From positions 8,424 to 72,423 of the IMG/VR virus record IMGVR_UViG_3300023301_000006: a DNA stretch of 64,000 nucleotides; one strand, written 5' to 3'. Each line of letters begins with the position of its first letter. Position 1 is the first letter of the stretch. Under the pieces are notes generated by a model that was given only the letters and a program-made list of their open reading frames with translations, was not told the origin of the DNA and searched no databases. Origin of the DNA: a virus. Below are positions 11,891-24,310 of this stretch, piece after piece. The translations under genes were made by a program, and so were the position numbers.

Positions 11891-13633
11891 TTAAAAAACG
11901 AAAGAACTACTTGCTTTTATCTCACACTCATCTACGATAATTTGAGGGACAACCTTACCATTTCACTCATTCGTGTTCGGCTTACCTATTAAACTAATTT
12001 CAAGGGAGTTACCATTTGGTATATTTGCAATTATTTCCTCTGCTCTAAACATTATATACTCAACACCATTAAAAATAATCTTTATAATATTAGATTTCTT
12101 TCCGATTAGTTGTAGCTCTGATGCGTCTATTTTAATATTAGATACCATAATCTTAGGCTCTCTCAATCTAGTTCCCCAAAGGTGTTTCATATCATTTAAT
12201 TTAAAGATGTACTCGCTACTTACTTCAGTGGAGTCCATTAAGAAGTCTATGCTAAATACTTTTTCAAAATCATAGTCTTTTAATAGGTTGTTACTTAGCT
12301 CTATTAATGGTTTTATATTTTCTGGTTTTATACAAGTTCCGAAAGCTGCTTGATGACCTTCTGCGTATTCTACTAAACCAGTATTGTTTAAGTACTTCTT
12401 AAATTCATTTAGTTTTGTTCCAGAGGGGCATCTACCACTACCATAAAATAAACCGTCTTCTTCATTCTTTAAAAGTATTAAAGTTGGTCTATTATACTTG
12501 TCTTGTATTTTATTGGCAACTAGTCCAGTCATAGACCGCTCAATTATATTAGTCGCATTTAAGATTATAACTTTATTTCCTAATTGGTCTTTCTCAACTA
12601 ACTGTGTTAATTTTTTCATACCATTAGTTTCTGCCTTCTTTTGTCTTATCTTAATATTACCTGCCATTCTAGCCATTTCCTTTTCAATGAATACTAGTTG
12701 TCCTTTGTTGTTTCTACCAGAACCTATTACCTTACTACCGTCTAGTATAAATGCTTTAAACATCATAATCTTCTCTTGCATATTTCCAAGTCTAATGACA
12801 GCATTTATCAATGGAGCTATATAGAACATTATGTCTATTGGATAAACATTGTCACCCAAAGAGTAGCTCTTTTTCTTTATTAATGCCTTGATGAATAAGT
12901 TTCCTTCAATATCATCATTCATTAATTTTACGCCTCTTCTGACTATTACAATATTATCTCTCAACCTCATGTCCATATTATCTGAGGCTATCCCTAATGC
13001 TGCTAAATCTACTAACTGTTCTGAGAAATTAATACTATTTACATCATCTAGTGCTTGACAAAATTTAAACGCAACTCCAGCTCCACTTAAGAATTTATTG
13101 TTGTAGTCTGGAGATAATTGGTTGTTAACCACCATTGCATATTCAGATTCTTTACTTGCTTCATGGTGGTCTAGTACAATAATACTTGTACCAGCGTCTG
13201 AGAGTTCTTTATGCTTTTTATATTGACTACTACCCGCATCTGGAATTATTACTAAGTCATATTCTTTCATCTTTTCAAGCTCTTCTCCATCTGGTAGTCC
13301 TACTTCTTTGTTTTCGTGTATAAAAAAGTCCATATCAGTAAGATTATAAACCTTATATAAATACTTTCATATGATAGATGCTGAGGTATAACCATCAACG
13401 TCACTATCTACTACTATCATTACTTTTTTGTCACCTTGGCTAAGTTGTTCATCTAAGAACACAGATGTCTCTTTAAGATTCTTTAACCTATACTTATCTT
13501 CTTCGTAATCTACGCTTGTGTCTTCTCTACTTAAAAATATGTTAATATCATCTGGACTTACTCCTCTTTTTAAAAGTAAATCCTCTTGAATAGAACTAGA
13601 AAGTCCTACTAAATTGTCTAATGAAAATTGCAT
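11891..13633 (-). CDS. recJ: RecJ-like DHH ssDNA exonuclease, two in-frame TGA, 580 aa
   Basis: DSDVDG, PDAG, LDHH, GSGR, GHQAAFG; TGA 13367 (SASII*KYLY) and 11963 (NTNE*NGKVVPQII) join the fragments in one frame. Confidence 0.88.
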
Positions 13634-13657
13634 TTAATCACCCTTCTTTTTTTTAAT

Positions 13658-13867
13658 TTAACATTGGAAAAATTCCAATGGATATATTCAGTCAATACTT
13701 TCTTCTGGAATGTTGAATTCTAACCCTTGTGCTTCGTAAACATTTTGCCCAGTAAATAGGTAGTCTTCCGCAACACCTACTCACACAAAATGGAAGCTTT
13801 TACCATCCATTTCTACCATAGATTTAGATAGCCCTTTAGTGATTTTTGGTCTATAAATTCCCTTCAT
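13658..13867 (-). CDS. hypothetical protein, 69 aa, open only if TGA is read through
   Basis: GGAG RBS and ATG; TGA at 13781 and 13688; fills the primase-recJ gap. Confidence 0.65.
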
Positions 13868-13878
13868 ATTATCAGCTC

Positions 13879-14988
13879 CTACATTCTAATTTTTTTATGA
13901 TATATTTTTTCGAAGACTTCTTTGCCCTGGTCTATTGGAGATTGCTTTCTCCTTAATAATTCATGCTCATCAACCATTATAAAGACAGTAAAGTAAGGCT
14001 TTAAAAACTCTGCTAGTTTAAGCATGTTCTCAAAACATTCAACTCCTTCATCTGAGTAAAAATCTGTGTAATCTTTGTCTAAAGCCAAAACAACTCTATC
14101 TACATCTAAATGTAATAGCAATTTCACTTGTTGACTACTTATCTTTTTTCCAGCCATGGCTAAAGTAAAGTTGTTATTCGGATAAATCGTTTCTGCTTTT
14201 AGAACACTTTTTTCTGATTCAAAAATTACTACTTGTCTTAAATTACGTATTACTTTTTTATTCCTGTATATACCATAAAAGTTCATGGAGGTAGGATGTG
14301 AAAAAATCTTCTTTTGTATCGTCATAGGCATGTATTTATATCCATCATTGATTTCACTTTTTCTAAGTGCTCTACCTCTTATTCCTATCAGATTATTATT
14401 TATATCGTAGTGGGGAATAACTACCCTGTTATCTGTTATTGAATATTTTATATTAAACTTCTTCATTGAGTCTATAGATATTCCCTCTTGGATTCATCCT
14501 TTATAGAAAGCATCTTTATAAAAATTTATTGTGTAACTGGGTATCTTTTTAATTACCTGTATCTCTTCTTTACCATCTTCCATTGCTCTTTTGTATTCAT
14601 CTATAAAATCTCATGTAAACTGTGTGTCTCTTTCTCTCTCTGTTTCTGTTTCTATACCAAAACCTAAGTTTATAGTTGTATGGTTTACAACGTATTCTAT
14701 AGATTCTTCTAAACTTATCTTGTATCCTCTATACCACATTGTATCCTGTACTAACCCATATATATCATACGCATCTTGACCTCCTGTATAACATTTAAAA
14801 ATCCCAGTTTCGAGATAATAATATAATTTATAACTCATCTTATCGTCTGGGTGGTGGTGGCACACTGTTTGGAAGACAAGGCTATCTTTCCTTCTTTGAG
14901 GATAACTACTACCTAAGGACATTAAAACATCAATGATGTCATCCTCAGTTAGCTTGTCTCTTATGTCTTCTTTCATTTCAAAGAACAT
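13879..14988 (-). CDS. DNA primase (DnaG-like; Zn finger and TOPRIM), two in-frame TGA
   Basis: TVCHH...FKCYT, GIRGR, IFESEKS, LALDKD; TGA at 14611 and 14494 (KG*IQEGIS) keep one frame. Confidence 0.88.
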
Positions 14989-15003
14989 TTAAGCACCTCC
15001 CAC

Positions 15004-18000
15004 TTAAAAGGTTTCGCTAGGGACATCCTCTGTACCCTGTTGTCTTTTTTTCTGTTCATTCTCAATAGTTATTACTGTTGACTTCATTGGTATTAATTCA
15101 TATTTCGAATTAGTGACAAATAAATCAGTTATTCTACACGTTCCCAAATCTGCTATCGACCATAATTTTACGCCCTTGTACTTAGAACGTCTGTTCTTGT
15201 ATACATGGAACACTATATTAGGTACTTCTAAGAAATTCTCATCTAAGATATGGGATATAGCTTTAATATCTTTTTCTGTTGGTTCTAAAGCAATTATTCC
15301 AACATCAATTTTCGTTTATACCGTCACTTTCGTGATATTTAATACGGACTAGACTATATCTGCACCTCCCTAGATGGGAGGGACTGGCTCTTCGTAATAA
15401 GGAATTACACCTTAAAACTACTCCCTTTATTGGCTGGGATAGTCGTTACACCTTTAACTAAACTTGGCACGGGATTGTCATAGGATTTCTCCCTTAGAGT
15501 TTCCCCGTTAGCACTAAATTAATAGCACACCTTACATTTGTAAGTTCACCAGTACCTAACTACGCCATTGCTGACATAGACGACTCTAGTTTACTTTTTA
15601 TTCGCATAGATTTATAATATTTTCTATGCTACTTACTTCTATTTTTTTTCAATTTCAACACACCTTTCTAAGATGCGAATAAAAAGTTATTCAAATCTGC
15701 CATTGATTTTGCCGTGTTACTCTTGTGTTTCCACAAGCACTGACTATCTCTTACTCTCCTACCAAGGAGAGAATTTCTGTTTCGGTTCTCAGTAGTTTAA
15801 TTACTTAAAACTACGTTACTTATCAATAGTAACCCTACTTTCCATCTAACTGGAAATAGTCGATACAGCGACTTACTTAATACATTATTAAGTAATATGC
15901 CACGAGATTACCATAGCTCTCACCTTAGGCTTCCTCGTTAGCTTTAATTTGTTAAATTAAAACCCCACTTGATATGCGGATAAGAAATTTAGTGGCGTAA
16001 AAACACCACGTAATAAATTTTGTGTAGCTTGGTCTACTTTATCCCAGTCACCATTAACTTGCGTAGCAGTATATATAAAGACTCCTAACTCATTGGCTAT
16101 CTTCTTTAATCTACTTACAAACATCAACAGAACATTATCTTCTCTTAGTCTGACTCCTCTACTGGCAGAAGCAATTTCGGCAAGTATCTTTAAAGTAGTG
16201 TGAACATAATCGAAAAATACATAATGTACATCATGCTTTAATTTATGTCTCGTTACCATATTGTCTACTTGTTGAATATTATGATTAGACAAGTGTTCTA
16301 TCCAAATTGGAGCTCCCTTTATGATGTGTGCAGCTTCTATTACCCTTTCCTTTTCTCCTTCGTCATATTCTCCATCTAATATATGTGCCTCATTTACATT
16401 TGAGACAAAGGCAAGGAATAATGTTTGTATCTCTTGTATTTCTAGCTCTGTAGTAATAAATAGTGATGGCATACTTATACCATTAGATACTCAATCATTT
16501 TTCTTTGAGTCCCAAACTTTATCTACTGCTAGGTTTATAGCATCTCCCGCACTGAATCTAGTATTGTGAGTTACAATATAATCATTCATTAGGAACAAGT
16601 GTTCATCGTTGTCAACTGTAAAACAAGTCATCTCTGTAGAGAAACCCATTTTTTCTATATTTACTATTGGATTATAATCTTTATGCTCTTTTCTTTTTAA
16701 CGTTAAAACATACTTATTCGCAATATTTAATTTTCTAGAAAACCTAAATACTTTTAGCTTATCTTCGTGTGGCATTTGTATATTAATTTTATAACAAACT
16801 CCTGTAGAGTATTTATCTCTTATGTCCTCTATGATTGTTGGTATATAACCAAGACTTCTAGCTAAACTCACAACGTCATCTTTAAGTTTTACACTAATAG
16901 TGTGATAAGCAACTCTTCCTTTTTTATCTATTGAGCCATCTGTATCAAGAAGCCCCTGTAGTAGGCACATTCTTTGGTCTATAGACCCCAATAAATAGTC
17001 GTCAGGAATAAATTTATCTTCACTTTTGGCATTCCATAAGTCTTTGTAACCTATTGATTCTTCAACAGAAATTCTGTTGTTAGTGTTTTTTTCTTTCCTA
17101 AAGAACCAAGAATAGTTTTCACTTTTTTCTTTCTCATAGTGCCACCCCTCTAATTTGGACATTGTAGATATTATTTCTTCATCGGCAGCAGAGAACGTTA
17201 AATCTCTTCTTCCACTTACATACCTGAAACTTCCATCTCCCAATAGTGCTCCAAAAGTGTAGGGTTTAAGTCCATATTCTTTTTCATTATACTCAACTGC
17301 ACCATTTATCGGAACTTTAAAAGTATACCCACTTGTTCCTTTAAATCCACCAAGAGATTTAGCTTCTTCGAGTATCTGCTTAGTAGTTTTTGTCTTATGG
17401 GCACATCTTCTATCTGTAAAATATTCCCATAAGTGTTCGTCACATGTTTCGGCAACTCTACCATCAGCGAAAGTAACTTTGTTTATTTCTTTTTCACTCT
17501 CTTGCGGATGGACGCCCACTACTTTTGTTGGCTTTCCATTTCTTCCAAAAATGTAAGAACCAATTTTTACCTCATCAACCCTTTTAAATCCTTCTGGAGT
17601 TGGTATCTTAGTATAGTTTGGGATAGCCTTCCCCACACCAGTAGGAGCACTTCTCATATAGAGTTTTTTAAGTCTTGCACCTCTTACGATACCGTTTATA
17701 TAACTGCCATTTAAAGGTAGTCCAATTGCAGGTTTTTCTAATAAGTCATCTATTAAACCAACAATATTTTGACCAGCTCTTTGTCCATAACTATCTGCAC
17801 TCATTTCAAAGCTTTGTCTAACCTCTACTATCTTCATGTCTACTAGATTAATTATTTCATTTATAGACATCTTGTCTAAACCATTTTGCATTTTTTCTTT
17901 CTTGTCTGAATTAAGTTCGTCTGGGTCATATATAAATCTTATGTCTACCCCAGACTTCAAATAAGCCCTCAATAAAGAGAACTTTTTTACACGATTATAG

Positions 18001-18332
18001 TAATACACAAAATTGTCTCCATCAGCACTATTCTTTGCAAATTCAAGAGCTTCTAGTCCTCTATTACTCCGAAATATTTCATACTGCTCTGGATACTTAT
18101 TTAAATAACTGTCTATCGCAATAGAGTCCAACCTATCCACTCCAGAATTAACTAAATTATTTATCGCAGAGAAAACAATTCTATGATGTCTTGCTACAAA
18201 ATCTGACACCTCTAATTTAAATCTATCATGTTTTAATAATGTTGTTGGGTTGTTCAAAAGAGCACCAAATAACATTAATACTGCTTTGTTGTCGTACAAT
18301 TCTTCTATATTTATATCTTTAAAACTACTCAA
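15004..18332 (-). CDS. dnaB: replicative DnaB-like helicase with intein, in-frame TGA and two introns
   Basis: Walker A SAPTGVGK|T, FITTELE, FFDYVH, ATQVN, KNRRS; exons 18332-16005, 15712-15695, 15312-15004; joins LLRG|AKSMAD|KIDVG; TGA at 16491. Confidence 0.88.
15313..15694 (-). mobile_element. group I intron 2 of the helicase (382 nt)
   Basis: GAT|T...G|AAA; core GTAACGACTATC ... AGATATAGTCT; enlarged 5' region. Confidence 0.85.
15713..16004 (-). mobile_element. group I intron 1 of the helicase (292 nt)
   Basis: CGT GGT|G...G|GCA; P1 GTGGT/GCCAC; core ATCGACTAT ... AAGAGATAGTCA. Confidence 0.88.
16563..17627 (-). mobile_element. intein with LAGLIDADG endonuclease (355 aa, Ala1, class 3 signature)
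   Basis: Starts AIPNYTKIPTP after GVGK, ends IVTHN before T; DEHLW, MTCFTV; ALLGDG and GLLDTDG. Confidence 0.9.
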
Positions 18333-18342
18333 AGTTCACCTC

Positions 18343-18837
18343 CTATAATTCTTTCATATCTATCTTTCTTTTCTCGAAAACACTTTTTTTATCTGGTCTC
18401 GCTATAACTACCTTATGTTCTTCCTTATTCACTTTTTGGTTACCAGACTCCTTGCTCTCTTTAACCTTCCTATAGTAAATAGAAGCGTCCTCATAAACGT
18501 AGGGTACTATTCCTATTCCGCCATGAGCTTTCTTAGTAGAATTCCCTTCTAGTATAAACCAGTACTCTAGGGTTTTTCATATGCCAAAGTAAGTGTAACC
18601 TTTTTTTTGATAGTCTTTTATCTGTTTAAGTATTCTAGGACTTGGATATTTTATATCAAATATTTTTTTTATTATTTCCACCATATTTTCATGGTTTACC
18701 ACAGAATTCGCTTCATCAACTTCTGCTTGTTCTTCTACACATTCTTTGTGATAATATCTTCTTCCCTTCTTCACAAAATCCACTTCTTCTTTATAGAAGC
18801 GTTCCTCACAAACTGGACATTTTACTTTATTTGCCAT
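18343..18837 (-). CDS. Zn-ribbon protein upstream of the helicase (possible loader), one in-frame TGA
   Basis: CPVC...HKEC; TGA at 18577 continues KTLEYWF...GGIGIVPYVYEDA to a TAG overlapping the helicase RBS. Confidence 0.75.
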
Positions 18838-18894
18838 TTAACCACCTCTTCATTAATAAAAAAAATAGGAGTATTATACTCCTATTCAATTTTA

Positions 18895-19926
18895 CTACTT
18901 CAATTCGTTCTCTATTCTATTATTTATTAGGAATAAAATGTCTACTTGAGATTTACTCATCTCAGAAACCTTTCTTCCTTTTCCTAGTTCTTCTTCTACT
19001 AGGGTTATTATTTTGTCTGACAACTCTCTTTTGCCCTGAGTAACTTCATCAGGGTCTTCTAAATTACCTAGTAATGCAATTCCCTCTTCCATAAACGCTC
19101 CAGTTAAATCATCAAATCTATTTTTTTCTTCCTGGAAAGTTCCGTGGTCTTCTGCAGTTTCTTCTCTTAAGTTCTTTACTTCTTCAGAAACTTTAATGCC
19201 TTTTTCTTCCGCCTCAGACAAGACTGCATCTTTAACTGCCTCGGCTAATCCATCATGAGAAAACTCTACGAAAGGTTTGATATTTTTAAATCTACTTCCA
19301 GCTTCAAATCTCTCTGTTCCTCTTAAGAATAATTTTCTGCTTTCAACCCCCTCTGAATTTGTCACCATTCTAGCATAAGCGTAAATATCAACAGCTCTTG
19401 TTACAACCTTGTGAGCTCTCTTGTCTAATGTTGTTGTGATTTTATTGTACTCATGACCACTTTCATCAGTGAAGACTTTATCTTTATCATGAGAGATGAT
19501 TACTAGACCATATCCCATTTTTGGAATTTCTCTAATGAATCTATCAAATTCTTCTTCATACATTCCATAACCTTGTCCGTATCCAATATCTCCTATTTTA
19601 CCAACTTGTTCTCTGTTACAGATATAATCTTTTACGTACTCTACAGCTATGTCAGCAGTGTCGACTATGACAGTCTCATACTGGTCCTTGACTTCATCTT
19701 TCGACAACTGTCTTAATACTTCTTTAGCTTCAGTTCATTTATTAATTGATACAGCCTTTACTCCGAATAAAGCACTGTACCCTTTTTCAAAAGCTAATAG
19801 TAGAGGTTTTGGAAATTGACTTGCATTGTATGTTTTGCCAACTTTTTTCTCACCATAAATCATTACTGAATACCCCTTTAGATTGGTACTAGGGATATGT
19901 TCTTCCACATTCATTAAATCTAACAT
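18895..19926 (-). CDS. AAA ATPase, Sak4-like recombinase, one in-frame TGA
   Basis: YGEKKVGKT, AFEKG, IVDTAD, IISH; TGA at 19735 in SINK*TEAKEVLRQL. Confidence 0.8.
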
Positions 19927-19973
19927 CTAATCACTCCTTTTATTTTTTCTAATAACTTACGACTGCATTCTGA

Positions 19974-20861
19974 CTAAAAGTTTGATGGGTCAAAACTACC
20001 GCCAGAACCACTAGTCTCTTTAGCTTTAGGTTTAGCAGGCTTAGATGTTTTGCTTTTTGACTTTAAATTGATATTTCTCATCTTAAGTGCTTCTTTAACT
20101 TCTTCAATGGCATATTCTTTACCATCTGAGTAAGGAGTTGTTCCTCTAGTGACAAGCAATCTTTTCTTCGATACTGTTCTTTCTTGAACAATGTCTTCTC
20201 CAAAAGCCATCTCTTCTGTCTTGGTGATAGTAACTTCTTTATTTTTCATTTGACCGAATAATTTAACAGTGTCTCCTTTTTTATATTGAGACTCAACGTA
20301 ACTCACTCCTTGTGGACTTTCTACTGCAAATTCTAACTCCACAACGCTTCCTGCGTACCCAATAAAATAACCTTTTATAATCTTAGCTCCTGTTTCCATT
20401 TGTGTTTCCTCATCCATTTCATCAAATATAGAGTCAATTAATACTTCAACTTCGAATGTTCCAGTAGGTTCGAATTCTCCTTTTATTCTATTTGGGAATA
20501 CACCTCTTACATTGTAGTTCTCAAGTATACTTCCATCATCTGTCATAAAACTATTTGGAGATAACTCTGCACTAGTAAATTCTACATTATCTCCTTTTTG
20601 CCCTTCTCCTGCGTCTGCTGAAGACTTATAAGTTTCCATGATAGATTTGAAACTCTTGAATAATTTACTTTCCCCACCAGCTTTTTTAAACTTTCCTGCA
20701 TACATGTTTACTTTGACAATATTATCATCACTTGTTTTGATTGACAAGTCTCCTGCGATATAGGGGAAACCATCTCTCTTACTAATATTTTGCTCGAGAG
20801 TATTCTCCATTAATTCTCCCTTAATAACTACTGAACTGTAACCCTGTCTTAAATCTGACAT
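19974..20861 (-). CDS. putative single-stranded DNA-binding protein
   Basis: Beta-rich tandem OB-like sequence, flexible tail ending FDPSNF, first gene of the replication operon. Confidence 0.6.
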   Translation of the reverse strand: MSDLRQGYSSVVIKGELMENTLEQNISKRDGFPYIAGDLSIKTSDDNIVKVNMYAGKFKKAGGESKLFKSFKSIMETYKSSADAGEGQKGDNVEFTSAELSPNSFMTDDGSILENYNVRGVFPNRIKGEFEPTGTFEVEVLIDSIFDEMDEETQMETGAKIIKGYFIGYAGSVVELEFAVESPQGVSYVESQYKKGDTVKLFGQMKNKEVTITKTEEMAFGEDIVQERTVSKKRLLVTRGTTPYSDGKEYAIEEVKEALKMRNINLKSKSKTSKPAKPKAKETSGSGGSFDPSNF

Positions 20862-20948
20862 TACATCACTCCTTTATTTTTTTTTATACTTTCATTTTCT
20901 ACATCTATAATTATATCATATAAATTTAATTTTGTCAAATATTATTTT

Positions 20949-22016
20949 CTAAAAACATTCGTAACATATATCGTCTTCAGTCATATAACTCTTTCAATTA
21001 TATTCCCCACAAGACTTGCACTTAATCATAGTGTCACAGTCGCTACACATAATCATATCTTCACTATCAATATGTTTTTCGCCACATATTGGACAAGGGA
21101 TTTTCATAATCCCAATATCTACAGATAATTCCATACTTCCCTTCTTATGATATATAGCACTCATATCTTTTTCTTCAGAGGAGGATAATAATATATCATT
21201 GTAATCAAAAGTCATACCGACATCATTTATTGATTGTCTTATGATTCCCATCTTTTTCACTAACATCCATTTATTCTGTAAATTTTTATATTTAGATAAC
21301 AGCTCCTCAAGATTTTCTCTAACAGCAGTGCTTAAAATATCTGATTCATAAGGATAGTTCTTAGAAAACAATGCTTGAGACCTTTCTATATTAATATGTA
21401 CTAATTGCCTCCATTGTTTGTCGTCTATCTCAACCCCATTGATGACCGTTGTATTTGTCTTTAAATAAGCCACAAAAGTACTACTATCTAATAGATAAGC
21501 ATAAGTCCCACCCCTGTATATACCATCGGTGAGATTTAGACAACTACTCCAATTTTTATTATTTAAACTTATTGTGAGCATATCTAAAATATCTACACTA
21601 AAAACAAGTTGTCCAACTATCTTCGACTTCTGTATAATCATTGAATAGTCAGTTTGTAAATCGTACGGATTATAATTTACAGCTTTTTTGAGTATTTTGG
21701 ATACTTTCATTCCTTTATTAAATTTTTCCTCACTATACTCTATTTTGCTAGTAATTCTATTATTCAAAAATTCATCTTTGGTTATTAGCTCCAATAGTAC
21801 ATTTATGCCCTCATACTTCTTAGAAAAAACATTAAGAATCTTTCTATACTCTCTGTCACTTACTGTAGTTTCAATATCTATTTCTATTTTCTTTTGACCC
21901 CCAAACATATTGATTATTTCCTTTTTATTTTCATTGTGTAAGGAAATAAGAGGATTGGGGTCAATTATCTCGACCCCGTAACCATTCTTATAAAAGTCTT
22001 TTATGTCTTTTAACAT
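20949..22016 (-). CDS. W-x-S-C family protein with C-terminal Zn fingers, one in-frame TGA
   Basis: NWSSCL, DKQWRQL, KNYP; TGA 20994 readthrough adds ICYECF, completing a CxxC pair. Confidence 0.7.
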
Positions 22017-22029
22017 GTATCACCTCCGT

Positions 22030-22956
22030 TTAAGACGGAACCTCTAATAGTCCATGACATCCGTCACATAAATCCATACCATATACACTCTTCGAAAAAG
22101 TGTCTTTATGAAATTTCCCACACGCGTAACAGACTATATCAAATCCACCTTCTTCACTTTCTTGTTGATACATTCCTTGATAAAAATCAATAGTTTTATT
22201 TTTTCTCTTGTAGTAAACATATGTTTTTTCAATAAAAACTGGTTTCTCTTTAGGCAATGTATTTATCATCTTGGAAACTTTTTCGATAGTAGCAATCATT
22301 TCTTTAATGTCTACGTATTCATATTCTCTATGTTCATTGTAGTATCCTATTGACAAGTTTACGCCACATATGTCCCAGATAGGCATTAGTGTATCAATAT
22401 CTGTAAAGCTCCCACTAGTCTTTTTAAATCCGTACCCTTCTACTAAGGAATGAAAATCTGGGCTATCGCAACAATAAAACACTGCGTCTTCACTTCCTCG
22501 TCTATCCAGTTGAATTAAGTATTTTATATCAACTGGAACAATTTCTTCTTTTGAAGCCTTGCGAGCTCCAACTCCACCAATTTCTTCATCTTCAGTAAAC
22601 AGTATATGTGGGCGGTGTCCCGCTAAAAGTAGAGCTAGAATACCGAATATACCACATCTATCGTCTCCACCCAATCCATCTGGCGAAGTTATTAACTCTT
22701 GTTCCTTGTCGAATATAAAAGTTGTTGGTGGAGTTTTGAATACTGTATCCATATGTGCAAGTAACATCACATCTTCTTCACCCACAACCTTAATATATCC
22801 GTCTTTGCTTCTAATCATGTCTTTGCTGTAGAACAGTGGTAAAATATCTTTAACCAGTGTGTTCTTTAATTCTTTTTGAGTAAGACCCAAAATTAGTTTA
22901 AAGGTTTCCACATCTCTAAGAGTCTCACCTATGGCTATGTTTTTTTGTTTTATCAT
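22030..22956 (-). CDS. Zn-dependent peptidase (M20/M28-like)
   Basis: AHMDTV, LGGDDRCG, DEEIG, LDRRG, YYNEH. Confidence 0.8.
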   Translation of the reverse strand: MIKQKNIAIGETLRDVETFKLILGLTQKELKNTLVKDILPLFYSKDMIRSKDGYIKVVGEEDVMLLAHMDTVFKTPPTTFIFDKEQELITSPDGLGGDDRCGIFGILALLLAGHRPHILFTEDEEIGGVGARKASKEEIVPVDIKYLIQLDRRGSEDAVFYCCDSPDFHSLVEGYGFKKTSGSFTDIDTLMPIWDICGVNLSIGYYNEHREYEYVDIKEMIATIEKVSKMINTLPKEKPVFIEKTYVYYKRKNKTIDFYQGMYQQESEEGGFDIVCYACGKFHKDTFSKSVYGMDLCDGCHGLLEVPS

Positions 22957-22974
22957 TATATTCTCTCCTCCTAG

Positions 22975-24135
22975 TTAATAACTACAATCATTACAGGTAT
23001 ACCCGTAGTGACTATCTTCTCTTCCAAGTGAATAACCACAATCAATACAATAAGCTTCTGACCCAACTAGAAAATGTGGAATGTTTTTAAAACTCTCATG
23101 TGTTGTTTGAACTCCATGATGATTACTTCTTAAATCATAATAATGAGGAGCATTCTCATTTTCTTCAATATTCTCTGTTGGAATTACTTTTTTGTAAGAT
23201 AGATTCTCACCTGCGAAATCATTTATCTTAGACATTAAAAGTCTTCTACTAATACTTTCTGCGTCAGATATATCATTGGGATATTGTCTAGATTGAGCTA
23301 TTGTTAATGAATCATCAGAACAATTACTTTTCTGAATGTACATTAACTGTCTCCATTTTTTATCTAAGCAAGGGAAGTTATCGTTATACTTACCAATGAA
23401 TGCTACTACTGTTGACCCATCTAAGATATAAGATAGACTCCCTGCACCGTACTCTCCTTGTAATCTCAAACAACTTTGCCAAGAATAGCTATTTTCACTC
23501 AATGTTAAAATATCTAAAGGTGAAATAGATATATAAAGGTCTTCTTTCATTCTATTGTTTTGAATAGAGTTTGAAAAAGTTGTTGTTACTATATTATCTC
23601 CACCAAACATATTAGCATATAGCTTTGAAACTTTTATACCACCATATTTACTAGCAACATTCTTAGACATATCAGATGAATCTAATTTAATTTGTTCACT
23701 ACAAGCAAAATTCAAATTAATAATATCATTTATTAACGCTTCTTTCTTTGTTGTATTTGATTCACTTTGTAGTTCGCTTTTCTTATCAGACTTCGCTACT
23801 TCAAATGCTCTCATTAAGTTATTAAATACTTTATGTTCTTCTACATCAATATCAACTTCTTGAGTAATTCGAACACTTCCTAAAAGCTTATATAAGTAGT
23901 ACTTTGAAATAAAATAATCTCCTAACATTTTTTGAACCACACTAAATGTTTTTGAGCTTTCTGAGAAATACTCATAAAAGTCAATAAAAGACTCAGTTAA
24001 ATAATCTAAATCACAATATTCACGAACTACTTCCTCATTTAATTCTGAACCGTTAAGTATTGCTTTATCTAGTTTGCTAAAAGAGTCTTCTAAAACATCA
24101 TTGAAACTTTTTTCTTTATCGTTTATTGTTTTCAT
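22975..24135 (-). CDS. W-x-S-C family protein with C-terminal Zn finger
   Basis: SWQSCL, KKWRQL, RQYP; CIDC...CNDC. Confidence 0.7.
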   Translation of the reverse strand: MKTINDKEKSFNDVLEDSFSKLDKAILNGSELNEEVVREYCDLDYLTESFIDFYEYFSESSKTFSVVQKMLGDYFISKYYLYKLLGSVRITQEVDIDVEEHKVFNNLMRAFEVAKSDKKSELQSESNTTKKEALINDIINLNFACSEQIKLDSSDMSKNVASKYGGIKVSKLYANMFGGDNIVTTTFSNSIQNNRMKEDLYISISPLDILTLSENSYSWQSCLRLQGEYGAGSLSYILDGSTVVAFIGKYNDNFPCLDKKWRQLMYIQKSNCSDDSLTIAQSRQYPNDISDAESISRRLLMSKINDFAGENLSYKKVIPTENIEENENAPHYYDLRSNHHGVQTTHESFKNIPHFLVGSEAYCIDCGYSLGREDSHYGYTCNDCSY

Positions 24136-24310
24136 ATTCTTCTCCTCCTATTATTTTTTATAAACTCCAGTATTCAATAATTCTGAAAATAGACTACCAA
24201 CAAAGTATAAAATTCCCATTAATATAACACTCATTTACACCTCTTTCTTTTTTTTTATTATCTTATATTAATATTATATCAGAAAATAAACAGTTTTACA
24301 AGAACTATTT

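Noticed and set aside
9996-20996. Replication genes as pseudogenes or sequencing errors
   Set aside because: Every break is either an in-frame TGA or a group I intron with U/G boundaries and core motifs; I found no frameshifts or TAA/TAG breaks in exons.
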